Source of the DNA: a virus
Taxonomy: Duplodnaviria; Caudoviricetes
Strand: one strand, 5' to 3'
Length of the DNA: 64,000 nucleotides
IMG/VR virus record: IMGVR_UViG_3300021075_000003
Location: 2,212-66,211 of that record
Both the position numbers and the translations under genes were made by a program. This document shows positions 57,537-64,000 of the stretch, piece after piece; the stretch's first letter is position 1; each line of letters starts with the position of its first letter. Below the pieces are notes generated by a model that had not been told where the DNA came from, made no database searches, and was given only the letters and a program-made list of their open reading frames with translations.

Positions 57537-59185
57537 AGATCATAGTACTCTGGGTCTGCAGCCCAGACGAGGTGGTCTTCAAGACGAAGCGTGAAGGCTT
57601 CTAAGGCGCCCGGTCAACAAGGTTTGACTGGACGGTCTCTCTACATCAAGTGATGTCTGAGAGCGGAACAACCCTACGACCCTAACTACAGTCGACTGTA
57701 GCGGGAAGTTTGGGCCCCAGCCTATAGGACAGTCACTCGGAAGGGTGGGCATGTCTTGGGTAGTAGGAACTTCACAATTCGTTCAGGGGTGAACTCAGGA
57801 GTCGCGTCCTGTCAAGTCACCCCGTCAGTACAGACTAGTCACCTGTACTGACAAACGGTTGCGATAATTGGCCTACTCTGATGGAGTAGCGATTATCGTA
57901 ATCGTGGCGGAGTTAGAGGCGTAAGCTACCTCTAACCGAGCCGAAGGCGCTAGCTATACGACAACCCGTAGGCTTAAACGGGAAGTCGCTCACTTGACGT
58001 AGCACTTGGGTTTCTGCCCCAGGAGGTGCGTCCCAACAACTACCTTTGACTGCCTCTACTGTGCAGCAAAGGCGCCTTAGTTGTGGAGTCGGTGAGTAGT
58101 TATAGCTAGTGCCGAGGAGTGGCTGTGGTCTTCAACAGTACCTGCGTTGCGGGTAGTGTGACGAAGATGGCACAGTTACTTCAGCGATGTGGTTATAGGG
58201 AGGTGCATATACGGCACACCTATAATCCGGTGGTTCAAGAGAACTGCCCGGGTTAGCCAGTGGACGACAATCACTGGTAAGTCTATGGTCGAACATTCCT
58301 CCGACCATAGCGCGCGAGAAGAGCCGATCAGCGCGCTCGCGTTCCCGAATGTCCCTAGCACAGGGAAAGCCGTGACGGCGACAGTCCTCCACCGGGACAG
58401 AAAAGAAAGGGTCCTCTCAAAACAATGAGGGGAGGTGTCGCATGTAACGGACAAAGCCAATATCTACGTTTCGATACGTAGATGGGTGTTGGCATAGTGC
58501 AAAAAACCAGAGGGCGTGTATTAGCCCAATGGCTAAGTTGAGCGCATATGGCATGTGCTCGCTTAGATAAGTACACCGGCGTTTCTCTCGCCGAAATCCC
58601 GAGACAGCAACATAGACAGCCTCGCTGTGTGTTGCTAGTGGGAAGCTTGAAGCTTCTGCCGAGGCAAAAAAGTCGCGTAGCTAAGGCTGCGTGTGCACGC
58701 TCAGTATTTGCAGGCATGCAAGTGCTGAGCGTGTACGGAGGCCGCTGTATCGCTCGTACAGTGGGAGTACATCACACTCGAGGGTGTGGTGTATTCATAG
58801 TAGAGCTTTATAAGGCAGGTTGTCAGATCAGCAGGACATGCCCGAACTATCGGCATCCTCAGATCGCACATGGACAACCTGTCTTACAAAGCTCTACTGA
58901 GTACATGCGTGGTCCGGTCGTCCACGCGTGTCAATGGGACCCGCCAACTGTTTGCCTAGCAGTTGGTGTACCATCGATAGGCCTGAAGACTCCAGTAGGA
59001 GTCATATACCATGTGGAAGGTATACGTTGCAGCGCCGACTACGTTAGTGGCGGCAGGGGCGATTCTGTATGATCGCCCGACTATCAGGCGCAGTGAGCTG
59101 CGCCACCTCATCATTTCCCCCCTAAAGTTTATCGCCATCTTACGAATGGCGCATAAGCTTTAGTGGGGGCGTCTTTGATTTTTTT
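57537..59185 (+). ncRNA. putative ~1.6 kb highly structured non-coding RNA, class unknown
   Basis: more than 30 adjacent hairpins with many G-U pairs on the + strand only; long-range helices; end pairing; no credible ORF; bounded by a promoter and a terminator. Confidence 0.8.
59117..59185 (+). terminator. terminator-like long hairpin closing the ncRNA unit
   Basis: ccccc.taaagtttat.cgccat / atggcg.ataagcttta.ggggg followed by a T-rich tract. Confidence 0.7.
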
Positions 59186-59210
59186 CTTAACTATTGAAGG
59201 AGAATGAATA

Positions 59211-59399
59211 ATGGCGGCGAAGGTATTCACGGCGGGATGTTTGATGATGGTAGTGGCAAAAGACATAGAAGCGGCGCGCAGGTTATTGGTGGCCTGCCCG
59301 CCCTCGCGGCTACGTGATGCCGCAATACTCCAGCTAGCAGCGCTGGAACGGACTACTACACCAGAGGAGCCTAAGGATGTCAGTAAGAAAGCCGCTTAG
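59211..59399 (+). CDS. hypothetical protein
   Basis: AAGGAG SD. Confidence 0.55.
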   Translation: MAAKVFTAGCLMMVVAKDIEAARRLLVACPPSRLRDAAILQLAALERTTTPEEPKDVSKKAA

Positions 59400-59805
59400 C
59401 CATACGTTGGCAAGTGGTTGGATGAAGCCGTTCAAATGCACACGATGTGCAAAGAGCGTGCTTCTATCCGAGCGGGAACTCTACTACAGCGAAACGTGGA
59501 GTCGTCACGTTCACTGCGGTGGACAGCTGGTTCCCGCACCAGAGAGGCTGCACAGCTTAATAAAAGCAGCCTCAAGTAAAGAGCGAGCTACCGCTAAAGC
59601 TCGCGCTGCCAAGAAGGCAGAAGCCACTGCACGTCGCAGGGCGGAGTGGCAGCGGAAATTGGCGCCTAAGGAGTATAAGCTGCTCCAAGACGCCAGAATT
59701 AACCCAGAGGCTGCGCAAGCTCTATTGGAAGCCTCGGAGGCTTTCGAGAAGGCTTGGAAAGCGGCTGCACTTAGAAAATATATGAGCCAACTCAAACTTT
59801 TATAA
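59377..59805 (+). CDS. Zn-ribbon / basic helical hypothetical protein
   Basis: CTRC...HCGG; GAGGAG SD. Confidence 0.55.
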   Translation: MSVRKPLSHTLASGWMKPFKCTRCAKSVLLSERELYYSETWSRHVHCGGQLVPAPERLHSLIKAASSKERATAKARAAKKAEATARRRAEWQRKLAPKEYKLLQDARINPEAAQALLEASEAFEKAWKAAALRKYMSQLKLL

Positions 59806-59820
59806 AAGGAGACCGAGACA

Positions 59821-60180
59821 ATGAAACTAGACAAAGAAGCGTGTCGAAGGCTGGATTGGAAGTTGTATGATCGCTGCAAGCGTCTGACGTTGATAGTCCG
59901 GCGCCAGGCCCCAGACTGTATCGTGGAGGGGGCCATTAGGTTGGTGCTCCAGGCCGGTCTCGGCCGGTACACAGGGTTGGCCGCCTCCATATTCCATGAA
60001 ATGGCGCGCAACACCCAGGCTCGCCTGGGTGTTTGTAGCTGCGGCACGGCAATCGAAGAGCCGGCAAAAGGCGACTGGCCGGAATTTTGCCCAACCTGCC
60101 AGGCGCGGCAGGATGAAGAAGACGAGCGGGCGGCGGTCGACGCCCTCCGCGACGAGGAGCTCGACGCCGAGGAACTGTAG
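59821..60180 (+). CDS. hypothetical protein with C-terminal Zn finger
   Basis: CSCG...CPTC; AGGAG SD. Confidence 0.6.
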   Translation: MKLDKEACRRLDWKLYDRCKRLTLIVRRQAPDCIVEGAIRLVLQAGLGRYTGLAASIFHEMARNTQARLGVCSCGTAIEEPAKGDWPEFCPTCQARQDEEDERAAVDALRDEELDAEEL

Positions 60181-60285
60181 TCAAACGGGTTAGCCTACCC
60201 ACTAAAAGGGCGACTTCAATCCGCTCGCTGTTGACTGTCCGGGAGGTCCGGATAGTCAACAGTGGGCAAACAAAAGGAGACAAAC

Positions 60286-60843
60286 ATGGTCGAGTACGAG
60301 GAGAACAAAGTTGGTACAGCACTCCAGAGAGTGGCAGACTTTGGGGTATTCATACTGCTGACGGGATTTGTTATGTGCATCCCGGTACTGCTAGGAGCGT
60401 GGTGGGACGAGCAGCGACATTGGGCGCAAACTCCCGATTCATTAATGTGGACGCTCGTAGGCGTCATAGCCTACACCTGTACTGGCCTCGCCATTGCCGC
60501 AGTGGCGATGGCCCTGATATTCCTAGGCTACGCCTGGGAATGGTATCAGGAGTGGCGGCTTGAGAGCACCGGAGACCACATCCAGGCGTATGAAACCTGG
60601 TATGTCGACGAGAGATTGCGACTCTTGTCAGAAAACCAAAAAACGTACCAGTTCTTGCTAAACTGGTACAAGCCAGGGGGAAGGCAGTTCTATGTGGAAG
60701 AGCTGCCAACTCTAGTAGCATGCGCCAAGAGTGCGCCAAAGCAGCAGGTGCAACAAGGCCCGCTTCGAGTGCAATTCATGGCCGAGGCGGGCTGGTATGA
60801 GATCACGTGCCTAGTACACGTGAGAGGGGGGGCGTTGGTATGA
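60286..60843 (+). CDS. two-TM membrane protein
   Basis: AGGAG SD before MVEYEE; two hydrophobic helices. Confidence 0.6.
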   Translation: MVEYEENKVGTALQRVADFGVFILLTGFVMCIPVLLGAWWDEQRHWAQTPDSLMWTLVGVIAYTCTGLAIAAVAMALIFLGYAWEWYQEWRLESTGDHIQAYETWYVDERLRLLSENQKTYQFLLNWYKPGGRQFYVEELPTLVACAKSAPKQQVQQGPLRVQFMAEAGWYEITCLVHVRGGALV

Positions 60844-61118
60844 TGCTTCTACAACGGTTGTGGGGCTGGCATCTCATGGGGTTGCTCTGGTCCCTAGTGC
60901 TGGGGTTCGCTGCTCTACTAATAGGTATGATACCGGGCACATGGTATCAGGCCGAGCAGGAAGTGCCACCTGCCGTCGAACTCTACGAGAAGGTAATGGG
61001 GTACGTTCTGAGCGTACCCCTGTTGACCGGAACGTACTGCCTGGTAGCGCTCAGCGCGCTATGGGCGAGTATGTTACTTCTAGGGATCTACACCAAAGCA
61101 GTAGAGCCCTTGAAGTGA
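60840..61118 (+). CDS. two-TM membrane protein
   Basis: ATGA coupling; hydrophobic. Confidence 0.5.
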   Translation: MMLLQRLWGWHLMGLLWSLVLGFAALLIGMIPGTWYQAEQEVPPAVELYEKVMGYVLSVPLLTGTYCLVALSALWASMLLLGIYTKAVEPLK

Positions 61119-61281
61119 AAAACAAAAATAGCGCAAAACGATCGAGCAATGCTCCATCGTGGTAGATCTGGGTTCGAGGCCCAGGCGCTATTCTGGTACG
61201 TTAGTCCGCCTTTCGGCGGCGTTTAGAGTCACGATACGACTACACATTTCAGCCGATTTAACACCGGCAAAGGAGACTCAG

Positions 61282-61746
61282 ATGCGATACGATTTCCCGA
61301 TAGTGGTAGTGGACAATGACGAAGGTCGGACATGGCGCGGAGAGGGACAATACCTACCATCCGGCATATTTGCCGGGATTGCAACAGCGTCCTTCTCAGT
61401 AGAGGACGCCCCAGACGACCACCCGACATACTACATTGTGGAGTTTCTCGGCTTTAACGCCGAGGAGCTCGACTTGTCCAATATGGAGGTGGGCGAACCA
61501 GGGGTTGAATTCAACGGATTCAGCCATCCGGTTGGGGCGATGTTCGCTAAGGCGCCACGAGACTACACAATAGCGCTGGATGGAGAAGTGCAGGGAGTGG
61601 TCAGTTCCTACACAATCAGGGGAGCCCTGAGTAAGTGGGACACAACTAACATGACCTACGAGTGGTTGGTGGTCAAAGTCGAAAAAGACATCTACGTAGT
61701 GGAGTCGCCTGATGAGGCGCACCGAGTGACCGTGACCCCCTCGTAG
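61282..61746 (+). CDS. acidic hypothetical protein
   Basis: AGGAG SD before MRYDFP. Confidence 0.6.
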   Translation: MRYDFPIVVVDNDEGRTWRGEGQYLPSGIFAGIATASFSVEDAPDDHPTYYIVEFLGFNAEELDLSNMEVGEPGVEFNGFSHPVGAMFAKAPRDYTIALDGEVQGVVSSYTIRGALSKWDTTNMTYEWLVVKVEKDIYVVESPDEAHRVTVTPS

Positions 61747-62010
61747 GTGGTCGCGACATCAGTGGGAGCCTAAACCCAATAGTGGGGCGTAACGTACGCC
61801 GATAAGATATCGGCGTGCCGCTTGGTGATCCAAGGAGTGGATCCGGCACAGGTCGTAAAGTCCGTGACCGTACTGGGGGCCTTACAAGCCCTTGAGGCTC
61901 CTACGGAAAAGGAGGACCAGCTGAAAGGCTGGGACTGAATCACTGTGTGACAGTGATGCAGCTATACTGGGCCGTCCCTCGTCGGGGCGGCTCGGTATAG
62001 TTTTTCTTTT
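61747..62010 (+). ncRNA. putative ~260 nt structured RNA ending in a terminator
   Basis: run of short hairpins plus terminator gctatactgggccgtccct / ggggcggctcggtatagt and T-tract. Confidence 0.5.
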
Positions 62011-62154
62011 AGCTATCAGACATCAAGTATGAGGCACTATCATGGCATTATACAGTGGAGACGTCAAAGATTGCCCAGCACGGGCGCTTGTTTTTAGCTA
62101 TCAGCCACTCCGCACTTTTAGTAAACTAATAGCTACACATTCCACGGAGTACTA

Positions 62155-64000
62155 ATGGCACAAGATCTTAATCAGAGTTCGCAATCTACTACCGCAATCA
62201 AAAGCCCAGGAGCGAGCCTTGGAACAGTAAGCGCATTGCCTACTGCGGCTAAAGCTCCGGCGCTAAATGCTAGCCCGCTAGCTAAGGCCCCCATGCAGTC
62301 TGCGCTTACGCTTAAAGGTACCACGCCTGGCTCGGCAAGCGCGCTATCTCCTACTTCAGGTACAGTGGCCCCGCCGCAACCAAAACAGCCTGTGGTGAAG
62401 GCGCAACAAAACACACTCGGTAGTAAGCCTCCACAAGCTACTGCATCAATTCAAGCTGCCGGTCGTGCTATGCAGCCGCAAGCCGGAAAAGGCTTCTCCA
62501 ACATAGCGAATATCATGGCAGCAGGGCGCATGCTTTTAGGGTCTCGACCTGGGGTGAACACTGGTACGTCGACCATAGCTGGAGCCAGAACTAACTCTTT
62601 ATTGGCTCCTCCGGCCAGAAAACCGATGCTCCCGCAATTACAGCCCGGTGGAATGAAAATGCAGACCGGTGGGAAGTACTTACAGGCATCTTCTGACCCA
62701 ATTAAGGTAGACCTACCCGGCCACAGACAGGAGACAGATTACACTTGTGGCCCTGGTGCGCTTGCCTCTGTGGCCGAAAGCGACAACAAGGACATATCGG
62801 AAGACCAAATAGCCGATATGGCGCATACCGACGAGGACACTGGGACCACCCCAGATAACCTCGAAACTGCTGCGCATAAAGCTGGTATTCCGGCCCATGT
62901 AGAAGAGCCTATGACTTGGGATATGCTTAAATCGCGGCTCGATATAGGCAAAGCAGTTATAATCAATATGCAAGCATGGGGAGAGCAGAAAGATTATGAC
63001 GAGCGCGCATCAGGCCATTACCTCAATGCTATAGGGTATGACAAGGACAACGTATACTTCCGCGATCCTGCACTCGGCAATAAGATAGGACATCTGGCTA
63101 TACCTGAGTTCCTGTCCCGGTGGAAAGACCAGGAAGATGACACTACTGGCGGCACAAAAACCGATCACTACGGCCTCATTATAGATAAGCCTAAACCTAA
63201 TATGGATAAAGACTTAGAGGACACTACAAAGGTGGCGTACTCTGCGCTAATTTCATCTCAAGATGAAAAGGTAGTAAAGTGGGCGCTAGACTTCGATTCA
63301 CCTGGGATACACTCCGCACTAGTAGGCGGCACTACAGGCGCTTTACTTGGCGCACTCAATGCCAGCCCAAGCGACAAAAAGAAAGGCATGACATGGTCTG
63401 ATCGTATAATGAGCGCCGGTGCTGGCGGTATGGTAGGCGGCCTGGGCGGCTATGCGCTAGGCACACTACTAGCAGATCCACGCAAAAAACTAAGAGAGAA
63501 TTACCCAGTAGAGCAACACGACCTTAAGACGGAAATTAGCGCTGATTATGGGGATAAGTACGACCAAGCAGTAGAGCAAGCGCAGAAGCGATTAGGGGAA
63601 CACAGCCCGCTAACCACCGACTTTGAATCGTGGACACCTAAGCAGCTAGAGCACAAGATCGACGTAGTGCGCACAGCCGAGATGCCACCTCCAGAAACCT
63701 CCGGTGTTAGAGGCAATTACAACGAGCCTGAGGATAATAGCACCACGCACGGTATGACAGTATTCGGCCCCGGAGATCCGGTAATCGCGATAAAGCGAGA
63801 CGACGATATCGATACCGCGCAAAGAACCCTAAAACACGAGCTCACACACGCCAGTATCGGAGGAGGCTTTCGTGCGCTAAGACAGGGGCCAGAGTACCGC
63901 GATGTCACAGCTGGGCCCATGAAGGGCATGCGCACAAAGCTAGAATCACCATACACTAAGTATATTAATTCGCCACTAGAATTGGATGCTCGTATAGCCG
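62155..64000 (+). CDS. multidomain protein: low-complexity N-terminus, C39-like peptidase, Gly-rich hydrophobic segment, zincin; runs off the window
   Basis: open frame from ATG 62155 with GGAG SD (absent from the track because no stop occurs); QETDYTCGP, GHY, YFRDP; LKHELTH...ELDAR. Confidence 0.8.
   Translation, partial: MAQDLNQSSQSTTAIKSPGASLGTVSALPTAAKAPALNASPLAKAPMQSALTLKGTTPGSASALSPTSGTVAPPQPKQPVVKAQQNTLGSKPPQATASIQAAGRAMQPQAGKGFSNIANIMAAGRMLLGSRPGVNTGTSTIAGARTNSLLAPPARKPMLPQLQPGGMKMQTGGKYLQASSDPIKVDLPGHRQETDYTCGPGALASVAESDNKDISEDQIADMAHTDEDTGTTPDNLETAAHKAGIPAHVEEPMTWDMLKSRLDIGKAVIINMQAWGEQKDYDERASGHYLNAIGYDKDNVYFRDPALGNKIGHLAIPEFLSRWKDQEDDTTGGTKTDHYGLIIDKPKPNMDKDLEDTTKVAYSALISSQDEKVVKWALDFDSPGIHSALVGGTTGALLGALNASPSDKKKGMTWSDRIMSAGAGGMVGGLGGYALGTLLADPRKKLRENYPVEQHDLKTEISADYGDKYDQAVEQAQKRLGEHSPLTTDFESWTPKQLEHKIDVVRTAEMPPPETSGVRGNYNEPEDNSTTHGMTVFGPGDPVIAIKRDDDIDTAQRTLKHELTHASIGGGFRALRQGPEYRDVTAGPMKGMRTKLESPYTKYINSPLELDARIA

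Noticed and set aside
58132-59138. ORFs in the track within the hairpin region (e.g. 58548-59072, 174 aa)
   Set aside because: No SD, Cys/Arg-rich unnatural composition and overlapping on both strands; better explained as by-products of a structured RNA
57537-59185. CRISPR array, TIGR array or group II intron as the explanation of the hairpin region
   Set aside because: Hairpins differ in sequence and length with no repeated unit or fixed period; no GUGYG 5' end, domain V or interrupted host gene seen

Overview
This window is part of a large lytic dsDNA (jumbo-type) bacteriophage genome. Almost all genes are on the + strand; the exception is the terminase large subunit. It carries a self-sufficient replication, recombination and repair block: RNase H, NAD-dependent LigA, SbcD/SbcC, SF2 and DnaB helicases, primase, a UDG-fused PolA, a probable SSB, RecA, an Ogg-like glycosylase, a DEDDh exonuclease and RuvC. 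It also carries nucleotide enzymes, an HldE-like enzyme, a glycosyltransferase, a probable portal and a truncated C39-peptidase/zincin protein. Two selfish elements are resolved to the nucleotide: a group I intron with an HNH gene in polA (34137-35130), and a fractured Rnl2-type RNA ligase with a split intein around a free-standing endonuclease gene (5664-7681). The most unusual signal is a ~1.6 kb transcription unit with no credible ORF (about 57537-59185). It folds almost continuously into G-U-containing hairpins on the + strand, its ends pair with each other, and I do not recognise it as any known RNA class. The second is an orphan Cas7/RAMP-like gene beside an IS110/Nop-like gene and an SF2 helicase, with no CRISPR array or other cas gene in the window. 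All calls come from motif reading by eye; no searches were run.
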